23,170 nt of DNA, from NCBI GenBank assembly GCA_041497675.1, contig JBGQGY010000049.1, forward strand, positions 1 to 23,170. The letters run 5' to 3'. The notes beneath the pieces were generated by a model that saw nothing but the letters and a program-made list of their open reading frames with translations, was not told the origin of the DNA and did no database searches. Source of the stretch: a bacterium. Its GTDB lineage: Bacteria > Sysuimicrobiota > Sysuimicrobiia > Sysuimicrobiales > Humicultoraceae. Each line of letters starts with the position of its first letter. Position 1 is the stretch's first letter. Made by a program: the position numbers and the translations under genes. This document shows, piece by piece, positions 7,837-16,649 of the stretch.

Positions 7837-8230
7837 ATGGCAAGAGAGAAGCCTTGGATCCTGAAGACGCCGAGCGGTCAGTCTGAGTTCCAGGCCTTTC
7901 GGGATGAAGCGCTCGACCCACCGGCGCTGGTGGTGACGGTCGGGAAGACGGAGTTGCGGTATCACCTGCGTTGCCTTGTCGACCTCCACGCCATGCTCAA
8001 GAAACACGGCGACTGGATGGCGCTCGGTAGCGCCGACGAGCAGAAGCCGGCCGCCGAAAGGTACCGTCGAAGCGTGGGCGCGCTCGCCCAAGAATCCCGT
8101 CCGAGGCTGGTACGGGCTGAAGAAAGGGCTACGCGGCCGTTTCGCCAACTATGTGCCCCCGGTGATGGAGGCGCTCAAGATGGCCGAGGTCGAGCACAAC
8201 CCGAAAAACAACCGTATGCGGACGTTGTGA
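7837..8230 (+). pseudogene. Small conserved hypothetical protein (DUF6855-like), split by a +1 frameshift at 8057-8059
   Basis: RBS GGAGG, then ATG 7837: MAREKPWILKTPSGQSEF...LGSADEQKPAAE. The protein continues in another frame as GTVEAWARSPKNPVRGWYGLKKGLRGRFANYVPPVMEALKMAEVEHNPKNNRMRTL*. Removing one A from GAAAGGT joins the two parts into about 130 aa. Family name is from recall. Confidence 0.75.
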
Positions 8231-8275
8231 CGCTCCGAATCTACCAGTTCTTCGAATGACTCCCGAAGGTTGCCC

Positions 8276-10030
8276 TCATCTCGGCTGTGTGACGACGTCC
8301 ACCAAGGCGGGCTTTTTCTCTCGTATGACGTAGCGCACCGCCCGCTCAAGCGTCGCCTTCAGATCGCCGGGATCCTCCACCGGGCCCCAGGCCTCGATGC
8401 CAAACGAGCGCGCCAAGCCTGCGAAGTCCACCGCCGGATCGACCATCGCCTGGCCAATGTGGGCGTTCTCGACCGGGCGGTTGCGCGCGCGGGCCATGAG
8501 GATCTGGTGCTCTTCATCGTTGTAGTACGACCGGTTGTTGAACATCACGATGAGCAGCGGGATGCGATGGTGCGCCGCCGTCCACAACGCGCTCGGCGTG
8601 TAGAGCAGATCGCCGTCGGGCTGGATGTCGATGCACAATCGCGAACCGCCGTAGGCCAGCGCGGCGCCGACTGAGTGCCCGATGCCGTAGCCCACGCCGC
8701 CGCCCATGTGCGCGCCGACGTACGGCACGCCTGAATGCCCCGACCACTCCCACAACCGCCGGGTCCAATCCCGAAGGTCGCGGTTCACCAGCACCCAGTC
8801 CTCGTCCTTGACAGTGTCCCACAGGTCCATGGCGATCCGCGGGAGCGAAATCGGCCGCTCATCGCGCGCCCGCTCGGCGGCCTCACGCCACCCGCTCCGC
8901 AGCGAGCGGTGTTCTTGCTCCAGTCGCTGCCGCCGCTGATCGCAACGCGCGCGCAGGGCCGCGTCGCCCGCCACCGCCTGCTCCAGCAGATCGGCGAGCG
9001 CCGGGATCGCGAGCGACGTGTCGGCTGCGATCGGAAGATCCACGGGCTGCAGCCGACCCTGCTCCTGGATCCAACTGCGCACCATGAAATCGTTGAAGGA
9101 GATGTGCACGAGCTTCGCGCCCGACCGTAACTGTGATCGTGCCACGCGGGCGGTACGGTCGGTCGTGGTAACAGCCTTCTCGATGTCAAAGACGTCGAGC
9201 GCCAGCACGACGTCGGCCTTCGCGAGGAGATCCGCCTCACGGCCGGTCAGGTCGAGCGGATGGGTATTGGGAAAGCTGAATCGGCTCCCCAAGTCGACAA
9301 CCGGAAGCGCGAGGCTCTCGGCGAGCCTGACAAGTGAAGGCACTGCCGCGGCGTTGCGACCGACGTAGTCGGCGAGGATCAGGGGGCGATCGGCCCCGAT
9401 CAGCCAGCGCGCCGCGGTGTGGAGCGCGGAGGGGTCGGCCTGCGCGCGCGTGGGCGGCGCATAGCGGGTCAACTCGGGGACCGTCAGAGCCCCATCCATC
9501 TGCTGTTCTTGCAGCCCCGCGTCAAAACACAGATAGATCGGCCCGTGCGGCTCGGTCGTCGCGATGCGGTAGCCGCGGATGAACGACTCGATGATCCCCT
9601 GCAGGCTGGCCGGCTGGTCATCCCACTTGACGTAGTCCCGGACGGCGTTGCCCTGCACGAGCGCGGTGTGGATCCAGTCGATCCACGGCCGACGGGTCTC
9701 GACGGCCATGGGCCCGGTCCCACCCATGACGAGCACGGGAACGCGGTCGAGCCACGCCGTGTAAATGGCCATGGCCGCGTGCAGCAACCCCACGACGTTG
9801 TGTACGATCGCCGCCATTGGACGGCCCTTGACCTTCCCATAGCCCTGGGCGACGGCGACGGCAATCTCCTCATGATTGCAGAGGATGATCTGCGGCATAC
9901 GGTTGCCGCCGTAATTGACGATCGAATCGTGCAGCCCGCGAAAGGTCGCCCCGGGGTTGAGCGCCGCGTACTCGATCTGAAACGCCTTCATGAGATCGAC
10001 GATGAGGTCCGACCCGTACTTGTGTGTCAC
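8276..10030 (-). CDS. Thiamine-diphosphate-dependent enzyme (acetolactate synthase/benzoylformate decarboxylase superfamily)
   Basis: LNPGATFRGLHDS, catalytic Glu in HEE, HNVVGL, GPIYLCFD, ThDP motif variant QPDGD...IVMFNN; RBS GGGAGG. Confidence 0.92.
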   Translation of the reverse strand: MTHKYGSDLIVDLMKAFQIEYAALNPGATFRGLHDSIVNYGGNRMPQIILCNHEEIAVAVAQGYGKVKGRPMAAIVHNVVGLLHAAMAIYTAWLDRVPVLVMGGTGPMAVETRRPWIDWIHTALVQGNAVRDYVKWDDQPASLQGIIESFIRGYRIATTEPHGPIYLCFDAGLQEQQMDGALTVPELTRYAPPTRAQADPSALHTAARWLIGADRPLILADYVGRNAAAVPSLVRLAESLALPVVDLGSRFSFPNTHPLDLTGREADLLAKADVVLALDVFDIEKAVTTTDRTARVARSQLRSGAKLVHISFNDFMVRSWIQEQGRLQPVDLPIAADTSLAIPALADLLEQAVAGDAALRARCDQRRQRLEQEHRSLRSGWREAAERARDERPISLPRIAMDLWDTVKDEDWVLVNRDLRDWTRRLWEWSGHSGVPYVGAHMGGGVGYGIGHSVGAALAYGGSRLCIDIQPDGDLLYTPSALWTAAHHRIPLLIVMFNNRSYYNDEEHQILMARARNRPVENAHIGQAMVDPAVDFAGLARSFGIEAWGPVEDPGDLKATLERAVRYVIREKKPALVDVVTQPR

Positions 10031-10048
10031 GTGGTCCTCCCAGGGGGG

Positions 10049-11296
10049 TCATTGGTTCGGGATCGCCTCCCTCGCGGCGGGGCGCTTGAGGTCGGGCACC
10101 ATCAGCACGATGAGATTGCCGATGACCAGCGCAACGGCGATGAGATAGAAGACGGCGATCAGCCCGACCCGATCGGCCATCGCGCCGCCCACCAGCGGCA
10201 TCATCGTCGAGAACATCGCCTGCGTCGTAAACAGTACACCCACCGTCGTCCCTTCGTACTGCCGGGGCGCCATGCCGATCGCCCAGCGAAAGAGTGCCGG
10301 CCGCATCGAGTACGCAAAGAACCCTACCACCGCCAGCGCACCCACGAAGGCCGACCCGAGATCGATCGCCGCAAAGCCCGCAAGCGCCAGGCTGGTGGTC
10401 AGCATGCCGACGGCCGCCACGCGTTTTGGACCGATGCGGTCCGACAGGGATCCTGCGATCGGGGTCGCCACCATGCCCGACAGTTGCACCAGCGAAAGGT
10501 ACGCGCCGACGACGACGGCGGGATGCTTCAACTCATGCACAAGATACAGCGGAAGAAACGTCTGTAGCCCCTGCTGCGTGAACGAGCGTATCCCCGACAC
10601 CACCGCCAGGATCATCAAATGTGTGTTGCCCATCAAGGCCCGGAGGCCGCTCAGGTACCCCGCGGGGGACAGCGTGCGGGTCGCGGCCTGCGGGGCGCGC
10701 AGGCGCGCGTGCGCGATGACGCGGAGCACGAAAATCCCAAACAGCAGACCGATAGCAACATTGAGTGTGATCACCTGACGCCAGGTCAACAAGCCCAGGA
10801 GCGCGCCGGTCAGCACCGGCATCAGCGTGTCGCCGACGTTGGCCCCCAGTTCGTGCATGGCCAACCCGTACCCGCGACGCGTCGGGTACATGTCCGAGAT
10901 CGAGGTGATCGCCGCGGGGTGCCAGAGAAATGACCCGAAGCCCCCCAGCGCGACACACACCACCATGATCCAGAACGTCGAGGTGGTGCTCAGCAGAAAA
11001 TATGGCACCGCCATGCCCAGCAGCGCGATCGTCATGAAGAGGTCGCGCCGGCCGATGGTGTCCACGAGCATGCCCGCCGGCAGGTTCACCACGGTGCTCA
11101 TGAACTGGCGCATCGCGATGAGCAGGCCGATCTGGCTGTAGGTCAGCCGGAGGTCGTTCGCGATGAACGGCAGCAGCAGCGCCAGCGCGGCGGTATACGT
11201 GTGTGTCAGGGCATGACCCGCGCCGATCGCCCACATTCCCGCGTTGGCCGTGTCCGGGCGCCCGATGCGCAGCCAGGACAAGCGAGTGGAGTTCAC
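10049..11296 (-). CDS. MFS transporter
   Basis: About 12 TM segments with MFS motif A (GMLVDTIGRR, GSLSDRIGPKR). GTG at 11296 overlaps the upstream TGA (GTGA). Confidence 0.9.
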   Translation of the reverse strand: MNSTRLSWLRIGRPDTANAGMWAIGAGHALTHTYTAALALLLPFIANDLRLTYSQIGLLIAMRQFMSTVVNLPAGMLVDTIGRRDLFMTIALLGMAVPYFLLSTTSTFWIMVVCVALGGFGSFLWHPAAITSISDMYPTRRGYGLAMHELGANVGDTLMPVLTGALLGLLTWRQVITLNVAIGLLFGIFVLRVIAHARLRAPQAATRTLSPAGYLSGLRALMGNTHLMILAVVSGIRSFTQQGLQTFLPLYLVHELKHPAVVVGAYLSLVQLSGMVATPIAGSLSDRIGPKRVAAVGMLTTSLALAGFAAIDLGSAFVGALAVVGFFAYSMRPALFRWAIGMAPRQYEGTTVGVLFTTQAMFSTMMPLVGGAMADRVGLIAVFYLIAVALVIGNLIVLMVPDLKRPAAREAIPNQ

Positions 11297-11926
11297 AGCG
11301 TGCCCCCACTCGCTTCGAGACGGACTGCCACACACCGATCGGACCGAAACGACACCCGCACTCGATCACCGCGCCGGACACGCACGGATGGATGGATCCG
11401 CGCCCGCAGTTCCACGTCACCGACCGCCAGCCGGCAGTCCACGCACTCGCCGAGGAAGACCGCCTGGGTCACCGTGGCATCCCACCCGTCGTCACCGTCG
11501 CCTTGGGCGACGGTGACATCCTCTGGCCGTATGGAGACCACGACCTCGCTGCCCTCGGGCGCATCGTCGGGAACCACGCAGGTGACCGGCCCGTTCGCGG
11601 TGTCAACGCGGCCCAGGGGGCCGGCATCACCGACAACCCGACCCGGCAACAGGTTCCTCGCGCAGCTTGGCGTCGAGATTCGAGAGGGGCTCGTCGAGCA
11701 GTAGCAGCTTGGGCTCGCGCACCAGCGCGCGGGCGAGGGCCAGCCGTTGTTGCTGACCGCCGCTCAAGTTTGTCGCGGGCCGCTGCTCCAGGCTCTCGAG
11801 ACGCACGGTGGCCAGCGCCTGCCCCACGCGCCGCCGCACCTCGGATTCGGGCGGGCGTACGCGTGCGGCCCGCAGCGGGAAAGCCACGTTTTCATACACC
11901 GTCATTCGGCGGGCCTCCGCCCCCAC
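11293..11926 (-). pseudogene. Degraded ABC ATPase: N-terminus (Walker A, Q-loop) absent; internal deletion with frameshift near 11655
   Basis: Fragment 1 is [11 protein letters not shown]...[15 protein letters not shown]...[18 protein letters not shown]. The sequence then jumps frame into the C-terminal TOBE part NLLPGRVV...SIRPE...FLGE. The H-loop region present in the paralog at 4789-5862 is missing. Confidence 0.88.
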
Positions 11927-12027
11927 CCTCGGTAGCCCGGAGCCACCGTCGATCCGGCAGTATTGAACCGGCGGTGTGTTGAAAGAAGCACGACGTCAGC
12001 GCGTGCTATACACCGGGAGGCAGAGAC

Positions 12028-12765
12028 ATGGACTGGATCACGAATCCTCAGGTCTGGGCCGCGTTGGTGACGCTCACCGTGCTCGAAATCGTCCTGGGTG
12101 TGGACAACATTATCTTCATCTCGATCCTCGCAGGCAAACTCCCTCCCGACCAGCAGCCCCGCGCGCGTCGGCTGGGCTTGAGTCTGGCCATGCTCACGCG
12201 CATCGCGCTGCTGCTCTCGCTGTCTGCGATCCTGCGTCTGACCACGCCTCTGTTTGTGGTCTTCGGCAACGAAATCTCCGGACGGGATGTGATCCTGTTG
12301 GCTGGCGGCCTGTTCTTGCTGGTCAAGAGTACCCGGGAGATCCACGACAAGCTGGAAGGAGCCGTCGGGCATTCGTCCACCCGCGTGCGCGCATCCTTCA
12401 CCAGCGTGATTATCCAGATCGGCTTGTTGGACATCGTGTTCTCGTTCGATTCGGTCATCACGGCGGTGGGCATGGCGAACGAGATCGGCGTCATGATCGC
12501 GGCAATCATCATCGCTGTGGGCGCCATGATGGTCGCGGCGGGCCCGATCAGCGAGTTCGTGGACGTCCACCCGACGATCAAGATGCTCGCCTTGAGCTTT
12601 CTCCTCCTGATCGGGATGACCTTGATCGCCGAGGGCTTCGATGTGCATATCCCCAAGGGCTACGTCTACTTCGCCATGGCCTTTTCCGTGTTTGTGGAGC
12701 TGCTCAACTTGAGAGCGCGCGCGCCCGTGGCACCGGTCAGGCTTCGTCAGCCGTATGTGGGGTGA
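12028..12765 (+). CDS. TerC family integral membrane protein
   Basis: LEIVLGVDNIIFISIL, GGLFLLVKST, DIVFSFDSVITAVGM, HPTIKMLALSFL, IPKGYVYFAMAFS; RBS GGGAGG. Confidence 0.93.
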   Translation: MDWITNPQVWAALVTLTVLEIVLGVDNIIFISILAGKLPPDQQPRARRLGLSLAMLTRIALLLSLSAILRLTTPLFVVFGNEISGRDVILLAGGLFLLVKSTREIHDKLEGAVGHSSTRVRASFTSVIIQIGLLDIVFSFDSVITAVGMANEIGVMIAAIIIAVGAMMVAAGPISEFVDVHPTIKMLALSFLLLIGMTLIAEGFDVHIPKGYVYFAMAFSVFVELLNLRARAPVAPVRLRQPYVG

Positions 12766-12774
12766 TGGTACAAT
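12766..12774 (+). promoter_or_regulatory. Extended -10 promoter (TGgTACAAT) upstream of the bicupin gene
   Basis: TGnTAcAAT match 30 nt upstream of ATG 12805, in otherwise GC-rich DNA. Confidence 0.45.
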
Positions 12775-12804
12775 GACCTCGGCCCGACGTTTTCTGGGGG
12801 TGGC

Positions 12805-13839
12805 ATGGTGGGCGACATCGAAGGGCGCGTGTTTCTCAGAGGGATCACATCCGAGCACTATGGTCTCGGAGAATTCCGGCGGCGTCAGCGCGCCGCACCC
12901 CGGGTGCGCCCGGCCGGCACCGTCGTCGACGACGCCAGCGTCGCCCACTCGGGAGATTCAGAGCAGTCGAAGACGTGGTGGATCCTCGGACCCGGCGACG
13001 ACCCCTTCCTGACGCAGACCGTCCAAATGCACTTCGTGGAACTGTTCGCCGGTGGCGCGAATCGCGGACACGGGCATCAGAACGAGGCCACATTTTACAT
13101 TCTTGAGGGCCGCGGCTACGAGATCCACGATGGCCGGCGGTATGACTGGGAAAAGGACGACCTAGTCATCGTCCACAACGACTCGGTGCACCGGCACTAC
13201 AACGCCGACACCGAGAAGCGAGCCGTGGCGCTCGTCATGAAGGCGAAGGCGACCTGGATGTACTTAGGCCTCATCCAGCAGGGCCGCGGTGGCCCCATCG
13301 CCGACGGTGACCGTTATGGGCCGCCGGAGGACTGGTCGCGGCTGTGGTCGCCCGGCGTGACCGAGCGGAAGAAAGTCGTCAAACCATCCGACACTCGGTG
13401 GGAGACGACACGGGATGGGCGCGTGCGCGTGATCCTCTCGCCTGAGCGAACCGATGTGCGGGCGTTCAGCATGGATGTCTTCCAGCAGGAGATCCCGGGT
13501 GGCGGCCGTTCGGCGAAGCACTGGCACATGGCGGATGAGGTCTTCTACGTCATGTCGGGGCGAGGCTACAGCCTGCACTGGGATGTCGAGGCCGAGATCG
13601 GCGAGCGCTACATGGCGCGTGTGGCCAAGGAGTCTACCCGGTGGGAGTTCGGCCCGGGCGACCTGCTCTACATCCCGCACAACACGATCCACCAGCACTT
13701 CAACGCGGATCCACATACACCGTTGCTATTGTTGTCGGCGCAGAACCGTCTGTTCAAACTACTGGGATATGACTCGGTGATCTACTTGGAGGACGCCCCG
13801 GAGTCCGCGTCCCGGCGAGCCGCTGAAGCGAAGCGCTGA
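12805..13839 (+). CDS. Bicupin protein (two cupin domains, each with metal-binding His motifs)
   Basis: GHGHQNEATFYILEGRG...HNDSVHRHYN and KHWHMADEVFYVMSGRG...GDLLYIPHNTIHQHFN. Confidence 0.88.
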   Translation: MVGDIEGRVFLRGITSEHYGLGEFRRRQRAAPRVRPAGTVVDDASVAHSGDSEQSKTWWILGPGDDPFLTQTVQMHFVELFAGGANRGHGHQNEATFYILEGRGYEIHDGRRYDWEKDDLVIVHNDSVHRHYNADTEKRAVALVMKAKATWMYLGLIQQGRGGPIADGDRYGPPEDWSRLWSPGVTERKKVVKPSDTRWETTRDGRVRVILSPERTDVRAFSMDVFQQEIPGGGRSAKHWHMADEVFYVMSGRGYSLHWDVEAEIGERYMARVAKESTRWEFGPGDLLYIPHNTIHQHFNADPHTPLLLLSAQNRLFKLLGYDSVIYLEDAPESASRRAAEAKR

Positions 13840-13842
13840 CAG

Positions 13843-14325
13843 TTACAGATCCTTCCCCATGAAGACACTTAGCGGGTGGTCTTTGTACTCGCCGAACGCC
13901 TCGATCTGGACGAAGCCCTCGCGCTCGTACAATGTGATCGCGTCTGGCTGCCTGGGGCCGGTCTCGAGGACGAGCCGCGTCACGCCGAGCCGACGCGCCT
14001 CTGCTTCGAGGGCGTTGAGGAGCGCGCGCCCGACACCGCGGCCACGCATGGCCGGCGCCACGTACATCCGTTTCAGCTCGGCGACGCCCGTTTCGATGCG
14101 TCGAACCGCGCCGCAGCCGATGGGCACGCTCTCCTCGTAGGCGACGAGAAAAGCCCCGCGTCCCGGCGCGACTTCGTCGCCGTCGAGACGAAAGTGGTTG
14201 GCGCTGTCGTCTTCTGGATAGCGCTCATTCAACTCGGCGTTCAACGCGGCGATGAGGTCTTGCGCCACCGGGGATTCGAGGCTTTCCCGGCAGATTCTCA
14301 GGGTGCCGCCCCGGTCACCCATCAC
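13843..14325 (-). CDS. GNAT family N-acetyltransferase
   Basis: GCGAVR...AELKRMYV, acetyl-CoA motif RGRGVGRALL, LETG..Q..A..LY..GF; overlaps the SDR stop. Confidence 0.9.
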   Translation of the reverse strand: MMGDRGGTLRICRESLESPVAQDLIAALNAELNERYPEDDSANHFRLDGDEVAPGRGAFLVAYEESVPIGCGAVRRIETGVAELKRMYVAPAMRGRGVGRALLNALEAEARRLGVTRLVLETGPRQPDAITLYEREGFVQIEAFGEYKDHPLSVFMGKDL

Positions 14326-15055
14326 GCCGCATCAGGCTGTAGCTCTGAGCCGTCGGACCAAAGTCGGGCTGCGTTGCGAGGAAGAGAGCGAGGGGAACGA
14401 CATCCGCCGGCGACTTGAACCACTCGGTTTCGGCGAACGGCGCCTGCCCGGCCGACCCTGCGACGCCCGTGCTTATTGAGGTACTGACTGGGCCCGGGAC
14501 GAGTTCGTTGACACTGATCCTATGCTGGGCGAGCTCCTGAGCCAGCACTCGCGTGAGCATCCACAAGCCGGCCTTTGAAGACGAATAGGCTGACCCTCCT
14601 GGCCTCCCCCGATGCCCAAGGCCTGAGCCGACCGTGATGATCTTTCCAGCGCCACGCCGTCTCAGGTGTGGGATCGCAGCTCTCGCGCAGTAGTACGCAC
14701 CCAGGAGATTCGTGTCGAGCGTTTCCTTCCACTTGCGAGGATCGCTGTCTTCCACGGATCCGTTCGTCGCGATGATGCCGGCGTTGATCACGACAATATC
14801 GATACCATCGAAGGCCTGGGCCGCTTGTTCGAAGGCCCTTCCGACGGCGTCAACGTCGCAAACGTCCGCGGCAACCGCGAGGGCGCGACTGCCCTTCCCT
14901 TCGATTTCCGCCGCCGTTGACTGGATCTCCGAGAGCGTCCTCGCAATGCAACAGACCGAGGCGCCGGCCTGTCCGTAGGCTTCGCCGATCGCCTTGCCGA
15001 TGCCCCGGCCCGCTCCCGTCACGACGGCGACCTTACCTTCAAGTTGACGTGCCAC
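14315..15055 (-). CDS. Short-chain dehydrogenase/reductase (SDR)
   Basis: VTGAGRGIG, INAG, catalytic YSSSK, NELVPG. Confidence 0.93.
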   Translation of the reverse strand: MARQLEGKVAVVTGAGRGIGKAIGEAYGQAGASVCCIARTLSEIQSTAAEIEGKGSRALAVAADVCDVDAVGRAFEQAAQAFDGIDIVVINAGIIATNGSVEDSDPRKWKETLDTNLLGAYYCARAAIPHLRRRGAGKIITVGSGLGHRGRPGGSAYSSSKAGLWMLTRVLAQELAQHRISVNELVPGPVSTSISTGVAGSAGQAPFAETEWFKSPADVVPLALFLATQPDFGPTAQSYSLMRRDG

Positions 15056-16165
15056 TCAGGGCACGACCGTCACGTGGATGGCCGATGGATCCGTCCGCTC
15101 GCCCTGCACCCGCAGCGCCTGATCCGCCTGGTCAAGCGAGAATTCGTGGGTGCGCACTCGATCGAGCGGATACCGCCCGGACGCGATGATGCGTAGCGCA
15201 TCTTCCACGGACTCGTAGTCGCGCCCGCGCACCCCCTTGACCGTCAGTTCCCTCCGAACGACCGCGTCGCTCTGAAAACCGGCGATCGGCCTGCCGTGCT
15301 TCGCCGCGGCCAGGATCACGGTCGCGCCCTTCCGCGCGATCTGCAGCGCCGTCTCGACCGTATCGACGGCGCCGGGTGCGAGATCGACGATCACATCGGC
15401 CATCGCGCCGCCTGTGGCCTCGCGCACCGCCGCGACCACGTCGTTCCCGTCCGATTCGATCCCGATCGCGCCCAGGGTCTGAGCGGCCTCAAGCCTGGCG
15501 CCGCGCGACCGTCCGATCGCGATGACCCGGCCCGCCCCGCCGTCGATGGCCGCGACGACGCATCCCAAACCGTGCGCCCCCGGACCGATCACGACGACGG
15601 TCCCCCCGCGCGGCATCCGCCCTTCTTTCAGCACCCAGCGCACGCCATTGGAGATCGGGACGAACAGGGTCGCCAGATCAGGCGACAGCCCTGGAGGGAG
15701 CCGGTGCACGTACGCGCGAGGATGCAGATACAGCACTTCACTAAACCCGCCCCAGAGCCCCGGTGGAACGTCGATCGGCGTAGCGCCGTATCGGAGAAAC
15801 GGCTTCTCGGAACGCGAATCCGTCGCCTCACACATCGCGGGACGGCCCGAGAAACAGAACTCACAGTGCCCGCACGGGAGAAACTCCTCGACGGCGACGC
15901 GATCACCGGGCTTGACCTTCCACCGTTGGGCCGCCCGGTCACCGACCGCGGCGATTCGGCCCACGATCTCATGACCGAGGATCAACGTCCCCAGGTGGGC
16001 GCCCCGCCGTCGCGCGTAGAAATCCCAGTCGGTGCCGCACAGCCCGCACGCCTCAACCTGCAGCAACCCATCGTCGGGGCCGACCGCCGGAACGCTGAAC
16101 GTGCGCAGTTCCGTGGCCAAGGCGGCCGGGGTGACCGCCGCGCGCGCCGTCTGATTACCGGCCAT
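15056..16165 (-). CDS. Zinc-binding alcohol dehydrogenase (MDR family)
   Basis: CGLCGTD, GHE, structural Zn motif CGHCEFC...C, nucleotide motif GPGAHG. Confidence 0.92.
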   Translation of the reverse strand: MAGNQTARAAVTPAALATELRTFSVPAVGPDDGLLQVEACGLCGTDWDFYARRRGAHLGTLILGHEIVGRIAAVGDRAAQRWKVKPGDRVAVEEFLPCGHCEFCFSGRPAMCEATDSRSEKPFLRYGATPIDVPPGLWGGFSEVLYLHPRAYVHRLPPGLSPDLATLFVPISNGVRWVLKEGRMPRGGTVVVIGPGAHGLGCVVAAIDGGAGRVIAIGRSRGARLEAAQTLGAIGIESDGNDVVAAVREATGGAMADVIVDLAPGAVDTVETALQIARKGATVILAAAKHGRPIAGFQSDAVVRRELTVKGVRGRDYESVEDALRIIASGRYPLDRVRTHEFSLDQADQALRVQGERTDPSAIHVTVVP

Positions 16166-16171
16166 GATCCG

Positions 16172-16639
16172 CTAGACCTCGTCGATATCGGGTTCGGGGA
16201 TCGCGACCAGATCGCTCGTATCCACAAGCGGGGCGTAATCCATGTGACGCGCCCGAAGCAGCGCTTCGAGTTCTTCGGGTGTGAGGACGATGGCTTGCCC
16301 GGCGTTCATGTCGCGAATAAACAGGGCCTCGCCGGCCACAGACCGCGTCACCGCCACGCCCACCAACGCAAACTCGTTCTGGAGGCGTTCCAGCCGCTCG
16401 CCCGCTGCAGCCCGGACCAGCGATTCATCGGGCGGCGCCTTCGCAGTCTCCAGCGGCGAGAATGCCTTGTGTCTGGCGCGGGTCAGTCCTTCGAGTTCCA
16501 GCGGGTCGAGATAGGCTTCCATGGGCTCACGGGTGACCCGTCGCAGTCGCAGCCGAGCGCCCGTCGGCGTTTCGAACTTGCTCACCTCCACGTCGCCCAC
16601 CCGTGCGAGCGCCGTCTCGCTGCTATCAACGTGTCTCAT
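16172..16639 (-). CDS. Hypothetical protein with a tandem-duplicated small domain, resembling accessory ORFs of Rieske dioxygenase operons
   Basis: Sits in the operon 10 bp after the beta subunit. Internal repeat LDPLELEGLTRARHKAFSPL / LTPEELEALLRARHMDYAPL; NEFA motif. Confidence 0.75.
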   Translation of the reverse strand: MRHVDSSETALARVGDVEVSKFETPTGARLRLRRVTREPMEAYLDPLELEGLTRARHKAFSPLETAKAPPDESLVRAAAGERLERLQNEFALVGVAVTRSVAGEALFIRDMNAGQAIVLTPEELEALLRARHMDYAPLVDTSDLVAIPEPDIDEV

Positions 16640-16649
16640 GAGGGTCTTG

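Noticed and set aside
9419..10567. 382-aa + strand ORF
   Set aside because: Antisense to the ThDP enzyme and MFS genes; no recognisable domain.
11902..12948. 348-aa - strand ORF
   Set aside because: Antisense shadow of terC; it does not supply the missing ATPase N-terminus.
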